From Takakia lepidozioides (taxonomy: Eukaryota; Plantae; Bryophyta), in assembly GCA_030704615.1 (NCBI GenBank), contig CM060732.1, positions 44,950,001 to 45,014,000 of the forward strand: a stretch of 64,000 nucleotides of DNA. The letters run 5' to 3'. Of the stretch, positions 26,401 through 40,457 are shown piece after piece (within the stretch, counting starts at the first letter, position 1; the number at the start of each line of letters is the position of its first letter). The notes beneath the pieces are model-generated. The model did not search any database. It saw only the letters and a program-made list of their open reading frames with translations, and was not told the origin of the DNA. Position numbers and translations under genes: made by a program.

Positions 26401-27835
26401 TTTCTTTTTCATTTCTTTATGTTAACTCTTCCCTTGCTATGGGAACTTTCCATCCTTTACACAGTTACCTCATGTCAGTTTGTAAATAAAGCTTTGTAAG
26501 GTTTCATCATGTTTGGATCTGAAGGTGATGGTGCTTCTAGTTATTATGTGATTGGATTTGGTACTGACATCCTTTGTGAGAGATCCTCCCAATCTAGCCT
26601 GGCCTGCACTAAGCACTACAACCCCCTTATATCCAGAATCGGTAGAGGAAGGAAGAATATCCAAAAGTCGCTTCACAAGTGGACACCTTTGTGACACCAA
26701 TCGGTGGATTGAACCGAGAACCACTTCCAAGGTGGTATGTGCCCATTACCACTACCACTAGGCTACAAACTGGTTGTTAGAGCGGCCTTCCATGTACCCG
26801 GCCCACAATTTAAGAGAGGAAATGGACAAAAATGGCCGGGTAATCATCTCCTTCCATGTATGGGGGTGCAGGGCTCGATTGCCGAGTAGGGAGCTTGTCG
26901 CGCACCTCACTCCGATAAGCTCCCCCTCAAGTCATAGTTACTCGCTTTGATGCGCGCGCCTGACTCCCAACCTGGCCGCCGGGCCAACTTGGAGCTTCAG
27001 GTGCTCACCGGGGCATAACGGTCCCCCTTTGTTCTCCCACCCTCCACCGATTTGGAACCAGCGGGAATTCCCTTTGGTAGTTGGCAGTCCGGAACAGCTC
27101 CCCACTCTTTGGTCGCTTTCCGGCTCGCTCGCTTACTCACTAGTTTTTGGTCACCAACGGACTTGCACCGTTCTCGGGGTTATTACTCCCTATATATACT
27201 TCTGTAGCTGTCCGCGGGGGTTTCACAACTAGCCATGCCATTTTATGGCGAACCACCACGAAAACCCTCGACTCCCGGTGATGAGTCGCGGTGAGTCTTG
27301 GCCCACTCACCACGACCCCTATGGACCTGATGAGTCCCAAGACTCCCCACGACTCCCACCACGAGGTCTCCGCCCCCATGGTGAGTCCTATGCCACCCCC
27401 ACTAAGTCTCGCTAAGCTACCACCACCCCTTGTGGAGCCACCCCCACCGCAACCCGGTGTGCGGGGCTCCACCTAGTGAGCGCCTCCGCCTCCGTGAGTG
27501 CCTTGGGCACTCAAGGGTGCTTCAGCCCCCCATACCTATCGCTGCCGCTGCCCCCACCACAGGGGCAGCCCCTCATGTGTCCCGACCCCCTGCCCTCAAG
27601 GCAAAGGGCCACGACAAGCTCGGCGAATTGATTGCGTCCACTTATCTGCCATGTCACACTAAAGTCACGCTTAATTGCAGTATCCTGTACTTAGTATCCT
27701 CTACCACCTCAACGCTAAGAGTCCAAAAAGAGTGCCAGGTTGCCGAGCTCTACATGATTGTGGAAACGCACTCAAGAACTTGGCTATTTTTTCCAAGCGC
27801 TCAACAAACTCCTTCTTTTGCGGGCATGGCTCCTC

Positions 27836-30800
27836 TATTGAATATTGGGAACAACGAACTAGTTCTTGGGAACAGTGAGATTTGAACTATGCAATTGCCC
27901 GCCAAAAGTACTGTGACATATAGTGTGTGATGATTTTCTGTGTGTATTGATTTTTAGTTGCAGAACAAGAACAAGTTGCAGAGCAGGAACACGTTGTAGG
28001 AGCAGGAACGCATTGTATGACACTGTATGCAAAAAATGAAATGAGAGTGGAATGTGAGAGCATTGAACGGTGATTGCATGTATGATCAGATATGAATATG
28101 TAATGTAACAACGTTCATTGAATAGTGAAAGTCAATAGGTTATGGGCCTTATCTTCATGCTGGTTATCCGCTGCGAACAAAGAATCTGCTGAGAGTTTGT
28201 TTGTTCATTGCTTGTAGTCAGTTTAGTCAGAGAGACGTATGTTTTCCTTTGTTTTTGTTTTGCAGTACCAGACATGGATAGCAAAGATTTTTGTAACGTC
28301 AAAAAGTTCAATGGCCACAACTTTCAGATATAGAAGTATCAAACGGAATCAGTCATGTCCGGTTGAGACTACATGGATATTGTCAAAGGTCTTGAACCGT
28401 TAGCAGAAGCAGCCGACGCAGTTGCTTAGCACCGCAAAGATATGCAGGCCATAAGTGTTTTGACGCAGACGATTGATGATAAGCTTCTCATCCAATTGTT
28501 GAATTGCAGAACCTCAACTCAGATTTGGTCATGCTTGATTCTTATCCATGAGCAGAAGTCCACTGAGGACATTTATCATTTACAACAACAATTTTATGAG
28601 TGCAAGATGTCTCCAGGACAAGATATGGCTTCTTTCCTTGGTGAAGTAGACACCATAGTCTGTCAACTTAAAGATCTAGATAGTGCTTTTGATGACAGCG
28701 CGGTCATGACCAAACTTATCTGCAATCTACCACCAGAATATGACAATCTCATCACAGCTTGGGATAACATTACCGGGGAGCAACGCAATCTTGATAATCT
28801 TACTTTGAGGTTGCTAAAAGAAGAAACCAAGTTAAAGAGACCAAGGGAGCAGCAAACTTCTACGGACACCCGAGCATTCTATACCAAGCCAACTACGACC
28901 ACAACTGTCAAGTCACAAACGCAGCAGCAACCAGTTGGAAGCAGTGGGAGTTTTCCTACTCAATGGCAACGACAACCGTCTGGATCTTATTCAAATCAGT
29001 GGAAACCTGCAACTGTTTCAAACAGTGGGAGTAATTGGCAACCGAACGTTGCATGGAGAGGGCCACCTTCAACCCATACTGCTTGGCAGCCACTGCTCAC
29101 CTACGAGCAACGTCAAGAAAGATCTATTATGACTGCAGAGCGCAAGAAGATTACCTGTTGCAACAATTGTGGTAAGGAAGGTCAATGGGCCAGAGAATGC
29201 CCTGACCCGCCCAAACAATTTCAGAACATTGGTTAGTCTTCACAGAGTACTACCAGTCCAAGAGCATGGACCATAACTTGTTCTGGTGAGAGTCATCTCA
29301 TTGACTGGTTTACAGACAGCGGTGCAACTCATCACATGACCTGCCGTAGAGAGTGGTTTACCAAGTTTACTCCTATAGCCGAAGGACAATGGCCCGTTGA
29401 GGTTGCTTTTGCAGATGGCTATGTCACAGGAGATAGTCAACAACAATGGCACATAAGAACGAGCTGTCTTAGTGGATGTTTTTTATTGTCCGGGACTATC
29501 TCTTCTCTATACTCTGAGCTATCTCTAAACCGGGTATTTCAGTTACCTATACAAGCACAGATGTCTATTTTCATTAGCACAGTCAGATCGTTCTTAGTGG
29601 TTATTTGCATGGAGGTCTATGGAAACTCAACTTTGTTACCATTACTGCAACGATGAGCCATCTTGTTACAGAAGTAGGAGTCCTTCCCAATTCTGACACT
29701 GTACAGAGTCTAAAGCTTTGGCATCATCGTCTAGGTCATCTTAATCATGGCATGATAAAACAGATGGTCAATGAGCACTTATTAGAAGGGATTAAGATTA
29801 CAGATCCAAGTTCCATCATAGAGGTTTGTCGTGGTTGTGTCTACGGCAAGCAGCATAGGACGTCGTTTCCTTTCAACATTTCTCGTACTAGAGTAGCCAA
29901 GCCTGGCATGCTTTTGAATAATGACATTTGTGGACCGATGCCCGTTCCTTCTCTTGGCAAATCTCGATACTATATCCTTTTCAAGGATGATCACTCCGGT
30001 TACCGCTTCATCTTCTTTGCTCAACACAAATCAGAGGCTCTTTCTTGTTTTAAGAGAGTAGTACGCCACACCTTCAGAGATACAGGAAACAAAGTCATTA
30101 CCATACGGACTGACCGAGGAGGTGAATATATGAATCATGATTTTGCGCGCTTTTGTGAACAAGAAGGCATCATCCACGAATACACTGCAGTGTACAGCCC
30201 AGAGCAAAATGTTGTGTCTGAAAGGCATAATCGCACAATTGTTCAAGCCGCTCGGAGCATGCTTCACTCAGCCTCACTTCCAATTCATTTCTAGGCCGAA
30301 GCAATCGCTTGTGCAGTGCATATACTCAACAGAACAGGTACTAGAACACTCCCAAGAAAAATGCCTTATCAGGCTTGGTTTGGCATCAAAGCATCAGTGG
30401 CTCATATTCGAGTGTTTGGCTGTATAGCATTTGCACATATACAAAAAAGAACGAAGACACAAGTTGGATGCTAAGAGCAAGAAGTGTTTGCTGGTTAGAT
30501 ATAGTGTTCACTGCAAAGCCTACCGTCTTTGGGATATCACAGACAAGAAAGTCATAGAGAGCCGCGATGTCTCATTTGATAAACATTCTTACGGTGACTC
30601 TGAGGAAGCAGATCATGACGAGGCTACATATGCTTGTTTGTTTCAGGATTTTCCTCCTAGTACCCATGTACAACCAGAGTGACAGTACATACTCCTCCTG
30701 CAAGTCCTACGCATACCGCTCCTGCCCATATATTGCAGGTTCCTGCAACACCAATTGTGACATCTGATGATGTTGACACATTTGATCACACAACATCAGT

Positions 30801-31564
30801 ACCAACGGCAATTCCTCCTTGTTCCAGAGTGCCTCCCACCAAATTCGGCAATTGCAATATATCCAACTAATCGGAATAGTTATGCTTGCGTGCAGCAACT
30901 GTCGCTGCACTCCCATTACCACTAGAACCTGCTGATTATTGGACAACCATCAAAGGCTGCTTCACGGTCTTGGAATTTCGTAGCAGGAACCTACTCTATT
31001 GTTCTCTGACAACTAGAGTGCTATACGTCTAGCATACAATCCTGAATATCCTAAGAGGACAAAACATATGGACGTTGCATATCATGTCATCAGAGAAAAT
31101 CAGGAGAAATGGGAGCTCAAAATTCTGTACGTCCCTACCAATTCACAGATCTCTGATTTATTCACGAAGGCACTTCCAGTACACACCTTCAAGCGTTTCA
31201 GAGATGTGTTGGGAAATTGTCATCAGTGAAATTGAAAGTGGGAGATTACAGATGTTATAGTTGAATCTCACTGAGTGGGAGTATTGAGTATTGGGAACAT
31301 CGAACTAGTTCTTGGGAACAGTGAGATTTGAACTATGCAATTGCCCGCCAAAAGTACTGTGACATATAGTGTGTGATGGTTTTCTGTGCGTATTGATTTT
31401 TAGTTGCAGAGTAGGAACAAGTTGTAGAGCAGGAACGCGTTGTATGACACTGTATGCAAAAAATGAAATGACAGTGGAATCTGAGAGCACTGAATGGTGA
31501 TTGCATGTATGATCAGATATGAATATGTAGTGTAACAGCGTTCACTAAATAGTGAAAGTCAATA
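27836..31564 (+). mobile_element. Ty1/Copia LTR retrotransposon with internal deletion (most of RT missing). LTRs 27836-28137 and 31282-31564
   Basis: Paired LTRs of about 300 bp; PBS ggttatgggcc at 28138; PPT gagtgggag; TSD tcctc/tcatc; gag with a knuckle remnant; protease WFTDSGATHHM; LWHHRLGH; integrase DICGP..IRTDRGGEY..PEQN..ER; RNase H tail KRTKHMDV..HVIRE. Confidence 0.92.
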
Positions 31565-31569
31565 TCATC

Positions 31570-31840
31570 CCACATGGAAGGACAGAATTTGGAGGTTCTA
31601 GAATGGAGAGAGGGAGGCTATTGTAGAGTTGCGGCAATGTCAGCCACCCTATAGCCAGAAGAGAGTGGGTTTGGAAACGGCAACAGTCCATTTTGCCAAA
31701 CATGTCCTACTGGCTGGAAATAGAGCCATCGAGTAGGGACTCTTTACTGGATGGCTCTATTTCCATTTTTACTTTTTCAGTGACTTAGGGCACCAGCCTG
31801 CGTTCTAGAACCTTCACTCATTGCCGCACTCCATGTGGAC
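31570..31840. repeat. Fold-back (MITE-like) inverted repeat with a perfect 16-bp inner stem
   Basis: tggaaatagagccatc / gatggctctatttcca, plus outer pairs ccacatgga/tccatgtgg, ggttctagaa/ttctagaacc and tgcggcaatg/cattgccgca. Confidence 0.6.
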
Positions 31841-32386
31841 CCCACATGCAATAGCCACTTTAAAGATCGTGCAATAGCCATTTGGGGCTATACAAATAGC
31901 CAGCCTACAATAGCCACTTTAAAGGAGGTGCAAATAGCCAGCCTGATTCAGAGATGTCTTGGCCCTTTGCTGCATTCAATTATGTTTTGAACGATTAAGG
32001 TACATATTTCCATGCATTTGTTGGTGTACAAGATTCACGTGGCGCTTAAAGAAAGAGTCACGCCCTTTGGGCTGGTGGTTACAGGAGAGGAGACGTTGCT
32101 TAGCCTTGGCATGGTGGACATACGAGGACGACCTTACAGGATTGAGGGAGAGAGGAGGATGGGACCTACTGCAAGCTTACTAAAGACTAAAGGATGGAAG
32201 ATATAGCTTGCTTTCATTTTCAGAGAGAATGCGGTGGACCAGGCTGCTAGATGATAGTGAAGTAGTGGACAAGAGTTAAAAGGAAGTTGCTAGTTTACAG
32301 TATGGTAGTAGATGAGCTGTACATATAAAACAAACATACTTGTAATTTCCATCTCCTTGTAAGTGGTTTGTTTCCGTACAGCCACA

Positions 32387-35300
32387 ATGGATTTAGTCCG
32401 TAAGCTATCAGGTGCAAGCTTGGCTCCGACACCCGAAGTGCTGGAAATGCAGATCGATTTCGAGGTGGAAGAAGAACAGGTAAATCATTACATAACGTTG
32501 TTATTAGAATGTCAATTGTTGGCAGATTTCAGACTGTCTATTTCCAAGTTATTGGCCAGAAACCTAAGAGAAGATTCAAAAGGTTTCAATTCAATTCTCC
32601 CATTAAATCTTTCTGGCCATGGGGATGAGTTATCCGACAATCCAATTATGGAGAACACCTGGGCTGACCCAAAAGCCAAAGAAAGGAAAAATAGAGAGTT
32701 TAAAAGTCCAGTACACTGGCGCCCAATAGAGATCTTACAAGAAGTAAGAAAAGGAGTCATAAACTCTTTCAGCATATTTTCCTCAGAAAATGTCGTGGTC
32801 TTACAAGAATTCGAAAACGAATCAGGGAGCTGGATGCGAGGAGCTAAAGGTTCAGGAAAACTTCTTTCAGTTTTGTGACCCAACAAGAACCCAAACACAA
32901 TCAGTGAGATGGATGCGAGGAGCTCAAGCTTAAGTACTATTGACTGTCGACACTCCTGGCAATATATTTGGAGTGGCTACCAAATCCTTGCAGTCAATCA
33001 TCGGCACTGTATTAAAAGAGAGATTTATTTCACACTGGAGCGATGCAGCCTAGAGTTACCTCTCGTTGTAGGTCTACTAAATACTTCATATAGCGATAAT
33101 TACCTCCAGGTTGATTAATTTTGGGATCTAGAAGTTCTTAGCATATTGTGCTTGAGTGCAGGTGTTGAAAGGAGTATTATTGATATATTCAGATAAGCTC
33201 AATGAAGCTGAAGAGTATTTCGATACGTTGAGGACAGGACATGCTCGCTTCAGCCTTCATCATGCTGAAGTAGCAACTTTTGTGGCTCTCATGTCCTTTG
33301 ACGAGGACGACCTGGGCTTTGCTACGTCACTACTCGTAGAGACTGAGAAGCTGGCTGCTGAACAAGAACAGAAGTAAGTATGTGCATAAGTTCCCAAACG
33401 ATAATTTTTTTGATTGAGTTCGAGACCACATTTGCAGTCCTTGGTAAGTTAAATACGTGGACGTACTTGAGGAAGATTGCCTAACATTTGCGGGCCGAGA
33501 AGAAAACTGAAAGTTACGGTGGAAATGGCCAGCATGCATGGGATGATGAGCGTTACGCGAATGCACGGTCAAAACACACACCCTCCTGAATCACCTTTCT
33601 ATTTTCGTCCAGAACAGACCTTACTGTAAGTTTGTAATTGCCAGTCATTCGGAACGGATTAACGCTGACCTCGTAACTTTGGCGGAGCTTTGGGGACCTT
33701 ACAATAATCTAGAGTGTTAATTGTTTTCTCTCTTAACATCTCCGTCAAGCCTAGCATACTTAGAAGAGATCAGCCCTAGAACCAGTTGTCGGTCTGCAAT
33801 GAGCCTTGTGAGAACAGCTCAAATTGTCGAATGCGAGTGCAGATTTCGCACTCACAGCAATGTCAAGAAAGTGGGTGAGACTGTCTCCAACATGAAATTG
33901 TGGGCACTTGGGAAGGCAGCCGCAGCCCTTAAGAAAACCGGGAACGAAAGTGTTGCAGCATTGGGTGAAAAAATAATGCCTAAGGAAGAAGATCTTGAGG
34001 CGAAGATGGTTAGCACCCGTGAAGAAATGAATCGGGATCACAAGATAAGGAGAATTCGACTATGGTCCCTTTACGTTCAGTCTGAGTGCTTCCTCATCAT
34101 TGCTCTTCTTAACGTAATTTTCCCCGACCCGCATAAGCAACATAATTAAATCTATACAAGTTTGACTTTACGTGATTTTATTGAAGTTTGCATGAGAGGA
34201 ACGCACGCACAGTGACCTGACAAGAGCCTGACAAGCGGCTGTGTAGCTGCACGCATCCATCAACATGCTTGTTTTTTGGAGCAATGTTACATCCGGCAAA
34301 TACCTTGTAGTTCCTAATGAAGGTTGAATCCTGGGTTGACAAACTCCAACTACTCAATGATCAATAGAGAACTACAATACAGATGAATATTGCTTCCAAA
34401 AGATGTGGACAAGAACAATTCCAGAAAAACCATGACTAAGTACCGAGACTCGGTTCATGGCAGATTGTAGCAGCCGGAGAGAGCTGGAGTTCCACGGTGA
34501 AGGTGGGATATAATTTGAAGAGGGCATGGACTATCTACAAGCATGGCACAAAGAAGCTGCAACAACTTCATCAAGAATGGGTGGCCATGGGTGGCAGTCT
34601 GCAGGGCGAGTTGAGTGGCAACCTCGCATTCAACTATGACAGTGACGACGAAGATCAAGAGCAGAAGAAAGACGTGGTAATTAATTTGGTTTTTCTTCCC
34701 ACACTTTGTCGAAGACCTAAAGCTTAGCTGTCTGTTTCTCTACTATAATCATTGGTAGTCGTGCCAATGTGATGGAACTTGTGATGGGCCAACTAATAAT
34801 ATCCATTGAGCCTTGAGGCACAAATCTCGTATCTTGAACTCATCTTGAAGTAGTTCTCGACTTGTTAGACTACCATGTCTGGCCGTCGTGACCCTGAAAG
34901 ATTTCGTTCTTTCTTCCCATGCCCTTTTTCCCTCTCTGTCTCAATGCACAACAAACAAGTTTGACTCGTGACATGATGGCTGTGAATTGCAGACCCAGGT
35001 TGGGTCCACAACTGGGTCTACATCCGAGTCTAGCCCGCGATCATCAACTGAGGGATGGGAGACGAGGCAGCGACGGGCCTCAGATCCAGAAATGGTAGAG
35101 CTTGGTAAGCAATAAGGTTGCAGCATGTCAGACTATGTGGTTGCATTAAGCGAGAATACCGTTTTGAAGTGTAAGGATGTTTGCTTTTAAAAATTTCAGA
35201 ACCTTCACATTCTTGAGGTACCGGCTGATGCCTGCCCTCTCAGAACGAAGTCTTCGAAGTTATCGCTTTCAGCCAGTTGAACTTTTCTTGCTCATTGAAC

Positions 35301-38300
35301 AATCTTCATCATCTCTGTGTTTTGATAATACAGGGGCTCTTGCTGCCAGTGGCCATCTGAAGAACTTAGAAGGTGACATCAAAGAAGACCAGGAGCTAGC
35401 TTCTCTCAGAATTGGTTTGGAGTGTGGAATTGGGTCATTCAACTTGATTGTCTCACTGATCCCGTCAATTTACCATAAAGCTCTTGAGCTGATGGGCGTG
35501 CCGGGAGACAGAGCGAAAGGCATCGTTCTTTTGCAAAAGGCTGCTACCACGCACCATGTCAGATCTCCCCTTGCTTCTTTGATGCTTCTTCAGTGTGAGT
35601 TGTAACCATTCAAATGTACACTCTAGGCAACAGTTCATTACAAATGTGAACTGTGGACATCAAAGAATGAGATCCATCATCCCACCTTATCCAGTTCCCG
35701 TACATCTTAATTAGAAGAAAGAAATTCTTCACCATGTGAAATTCAAGACCGTGAATCTGAATGTGGGTGGTGAGAATGAGGCTCCAGAGATGTACATCAG
35801 CTGGTAGATACCGCAACCTTGCGGACATGAACCCTGCTGCATATGAACTCGTAAAGTTCGAGCCAGCAGTGTGCCACTCCACTAAACTGAGCTTCACTGT
35901 TGGCTGTGATTACTGGTCATTTTTTTTATGAGAAAGATAACACCACATATAAACCAACAGTCAAAGAATCTTGAATGTCTAAATCCAAAATACACTCTCA
36001 TCTGGAATTGCATACTAACCTTCAATACCAAAATGTGGAGCAGACCACACAGTCATTATGGGCTTGTTGCCTCGTACACGTAATCACGTGGAAAGCGCTG
36101 AGATACTTATTGAAAGCATGGCGCCTACTTGGAAAGGTGGTTCTATCTTCCGAATTTTGCAATCGAGGTTAGCACGCTATGAAGGCAGATTGCATGAGGC
36201 CACTGAAATCATTTCAACCACCCCTCCAAATGCAGGCAGCCCCTTTGATTCCAATATGCGGGGTTGCAATCTGCGCCTCAAGAACCTTATGCTGGAGGAG
36301 CTTGGATGGTGCCTGATGATGCAGGGTGAATTTGCTCAGGCAGCTCAATGTTTTGATGCACTATTAAAGGTGGGTCCATGTCCTTGTGAAGCTTCATTTG
36401 GATAAGCAGAATGTCTTATCCACTTCTGGAGATAATTGTGGGAGTCTTCCATTAATGCCGTCTGTAGCTCAGCTGGATAGTGCATTGAGCACCACCCAGG
36501 TGAAATTCTGGGCTCAAATCAGACTGCTACCGCGTCGGGTGTGGACCTCATAAAGAGGACTCCTCCCCTAGGAAGGGTAAATTATAGTGTCTCTTCATCC
36601 CCAAAGGAAGGTGTGCACCGGAAGATGGATACTTTGAACCCTGCTGTACATCACCTAGCCTTTAGGCAGACAAAAACACCCCCCCATGGGGCTACCTGCT
36701 CTAGTGTTGAGTATAATCTTCCCTGGGGCTGTCTCCCATCAGTAACTGTAGCTCCCCGGGAATTTAATGTGCTTAGAAAGCAGGTTACAAACCACCGGAA
36801 TCTCATTTGATTTAGTGCTAATTACGGTGGCTAGGGTGACGGTGGATACACAGGAGACGGTCTGGTTCAAGCCTTTTTATGGGTGCCTGAAATCGGCATG
36901 CCTGTGGGAGACATGCAACGATTACCACCGGATGGAGGCTGCTCGGATATTAAGGGATATGACTGTTCTTTTGGGTGGCAAAAAGGAAAAGTTCACACCC
37001 ATGGAGCAATACGCCACCCGCATTTCCAATGAGCTCATAAATAATGGTCAGGTAGGAAAATTCATGTCCCCATTTTATTTGTTAGCAAGGAAATGTGTTT
37101 TTTGATGTTCTGGATACTTCACAATGTGTCCATTGGATCACTGATGATCTTCAATTACGTGGACTCGGGTCGCACTGCGAAAAGGTCGCATGGTGTCCCT
37201 TGGAGAGGTGCCCACTATACATATATAATTTTATTTCTCAGTTTGTCTCTCTCTCCATTGCCTCTGACGACAGTGCTAACACAACCACATGTATTTCCAA
37301 CTGCAGAGGGCCAATAGAGCTAGATCTCCTTCTTTTCTCTCCTCCAATGTTTGGCTGAATATTTGTTGGTGTGATGTCTCCCTCTTGGCCCATACAGGCC
37401 CCATTGCACCCGGCATTGGAGTTGGTGGCAGTGTACAATGGATTCCAACATATGGACAGGCGAACACTCGAGAGGCACCTGACACACCTTCAGGGAGATC
37501 TACAATCTAGAACTGCAAGAAGAGCCTTTGATTCTATAATAATTCCAGTCCCTGAGGTAGGTTTTGGACTCTATCTTTCCTTCATACATTCTCCATTGGA
37601 AAATCCGCGGTTTGGCACAAGACGAGTTAGTTAACTTGGTTGAAATTCTAGAGATAAAAAATGACTGAATGAAGAATTCGATCAACTGTAGCAAATGAAG
37701 TACTTGACATATGTTCTTGGTACCGTCCAGGACATCGTTAGAAATGTTGGAGATCACCCAGCTGCAGAACCCCTGAGCTTTAATACTCTTAATCTAGAAG
37801 GTGGACAGGGGAGTAGTAATCCACACCGTGCAAGTCTACCGAACCCCATGAGTCAAGTTGGACAGGGGAGTATAAATCTGCACCGTGCAAGTCAACCAAA
37901 CCCCATGAGTCAAGGTGAACGAGGAAGCTCCTCATCTCCAGACATCGTCACATACAAGCACACCTGGACCACGACCAGCCAACTCACTTGCAGGTTTGTC
38001 ATGTTCACTTTGAATTGGCAATAATTATATACTTCATTGCTCATGGGCTCAAACGTGGACAGATGCAGCCAGGAAAAAGACACAGATGAACCAGCATTAC
38101 AGATGAACCTTGTGGACATCTTTCTAACGGGCATCTGTATGATGATCTTTTCTCTGGGAACGGTGTGAAGTTGTCTAATTGTTAGCAATGAGAACAAGAG
38201 ACTCCGGTGATGGCCCAATGTCAAATTATCACATTGAGAGCCTAGTGAACTGAACTCACATCTGTTCAAAAAAGATGAAAGTGATGGCACTAGTGAACAA

Positions 38301-39237
38301 GTGTCAAATTCAGATTTAACAGAGATGGGCAGACCCTGATCATGGAGGGACAAGCCAAAAGAAAGTGACACTAGAAGAGATAAAATATGGAATGCCAGCA
38401 AAGAAAGTGGAAGTTTGAATATACAGAGTTGTCCCTGCGGAGTCCAAGTGCTATATATCAGAGTTCCTCGATAATTTCTCTTCAGTAAGGACAGTAGTGT
38501 GACGTAGACCTCAACTGTCACCGTCTTAAGGATAGCTGTAGAATTAGCTGTGCCGGTTTAAAACCATTGAGATAGTAATTTATATTACAATTTTGCATCA
38601 TGCCACCATGCACTAATTTGCACCTCATCTGAATGTTTGAAGCAGATACTTGTTGGCACTATGTCTCAGTAACATTGGTGCTAAAAAGCCAGCTGAGGAG
38701 CACTTGCGCTACGTCATTGCTAATTCAGAGGCTCCTGGTGGGAGGACCCCTCTCCCAGACTGTCCTACTGGGTGAGCCCACTTTGACACACTGTCACTCA
38801 ATCTTCATCTCCCATTTCTAGCCCTATCTCCATATGAAGTTGGAATATATGATATACTTGAGAGTGCATGGAGGCAACATCAAGCAAACTTACTTCTCCA
38901 CTTCACAATATCTTAAAAGCCATGCTTTGAGCACCGTCTTTCAATTGCACTGAGGAAATATTCCCCAAAACACGGTTTAAAAAAGTATTGGCTTTCACTA
39001 ATGTCAAAATGACTGTATGCCTCGGTATTTCAGTATGAGCCTGTGTTTCATACCTGTTGTGTTGGCAGGAACGTGGTTCCATACAGCTACTATGAGCTAG
39101 GCTCATTGTTGCTAGAGAGCGATGCACCGCGGCAGGAGGGGCTGGTCCTTCTAGAAGAATGTGTTGCATTCCCCCCCCACGAGTTTCAAGCACGGCTGAA
39201 GTTTGTGGTTGGGGAGTACCTTCGAAGACGCCATTGA
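32387..39237 (+). CDS. TTC39: TTC39/IML2-family tetratricopeptide protein. Exons approx. 32387-32479, 33162-33373, 33843-34113, 34464-34676, 34993-35104, 35334-35594, 36044-36369, 36854-37051, 37398-37556, 37692-37993, 38646-38771, 39069-39237
   Basis: Family-like motifs KVGYNLKRAW..Y, GIGSFNLIVSLIP..KALELMGVPGDR..G..LL, RSPLASLMLL and PYSYYELG..EFQARLKF; all GT-AG junctions keep the frame. Confidence 0.8.
36458..36763 (+). mobile_element. Probable tRNA-derived SINE in TTC39 intron 7
   Basis: A box tagctcagctgg (36465-36476), degenerate B box ggctcaaatca (36511-36521), possible TSD ttaatg. Confidence 0.5.
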
Positions 39238-40457
39238 TCTGTGTGGTCCCTAGCTCTGAATAACCACTAATTTGCTGATATCAATGCAACTTTGCACCGT
39301 GGATTAAACTCAGTTGAGCCAACACGAAAACTATAAAGCTTAACCCGATCCATGTTCAATACCTTCACATGCTTGCCTACGAATCGGAATGATATCGCAT
39401 AGCATGTCCAAATAGGGTACTTCTTACTCATGACATATACACTGGGAGGAGAGGTGGGTGGGAAGGGTAGAGTACACATGTAGTCAATGGACATTAAAAA
39501 CCCTTTGCAACTCTCTCTCGCCTTACAAAGCTCAGAAATCGCCCATCCATCACAAACAACATACGAACTCATGAAACTTATTCGAGTACTCTAGTGCGGA
39601 TCTCAACAGTAGCACTGAGCTCACGATCGAACCACGCGGATCAAGTTGCCCACCATCTCTCCCTATGCAACCAAATGATACCTGCCACACTCCAGACACA
39701 CTCCAGACACAGTTTATACAATCAAAGATTTATATTTCATTACTACTGAAGGGTCCATCTTTCGCACAGCCCTATTGTTGACCTGAATTTCTCCTAGAGC
39801 GTTTGGTTGCACAAGGACTCATGGTGACACTTCCCCAAGAGGACTTTCACAAGAGGAAAGACGATGAGTACCCTAGCTTCAACCTACAACCATACAAGCA
39901 ATTTAGAAACAGAGACAAAAATAGGGTTCACACTTCATAGTGGAGAGACACTATTCATTCAAGAGCCTGCATAACTTAAATACACAAAGGGCTCACAAAT
40001 CCCAGGTGTTTCCCTTTAACAGAAACCAAAGATATAATTTTTTTTTTTTAAAACACAACCCTCATCGAAAGTAAGTCCGAGCCACTCCGATCAGACAACC
40101 TTGAATTCCAGTAGTGTGCATAGTGCAGGATAGAAAGTCAGTTCATGCCTTCAGAACAAAAGGCCGGAATAGGATGGACAATATGTGAAGAACAATCGAA
40201 TGTGTAAATGACAAGTTGGGAATAAGAAACTGGCATGGCCTGAGAGCAAATTGTGGACAGGGATGGAAAAGGAAGAGTAGAAGGAACGTATCATTTTTTA
40301 TTATGGCGCCGAACTAGCCAAACGTGTAGATTGATTAGGGTATAGTCTCATGGACGAACCCTAAGCAATTTTCGGCCCTCGCTCACCAAAATTCATTCCC
40401 TTCAAAGACTCCCAGTAATAAGTATCTCGCCAACTAGAGAAACCCTAATTCTCAGTC

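Noticed and set aside
26860-27630. Pro-rich ORFs or a gene
   Set aside because: GC-rich repeat with gactc/gagtc motifs and partial inverted ends; likely a non-coding transposon remnant with unclear boundaries
36458-36530. Functional tRNA
   Set aside because: B box mutated and no acceptor stem; treated as a SINE
37910-38521. 203-aa antisense ORF in TTC39 intron 10
   Set aside because: No recognisable motifs; consistent with a chance ORF
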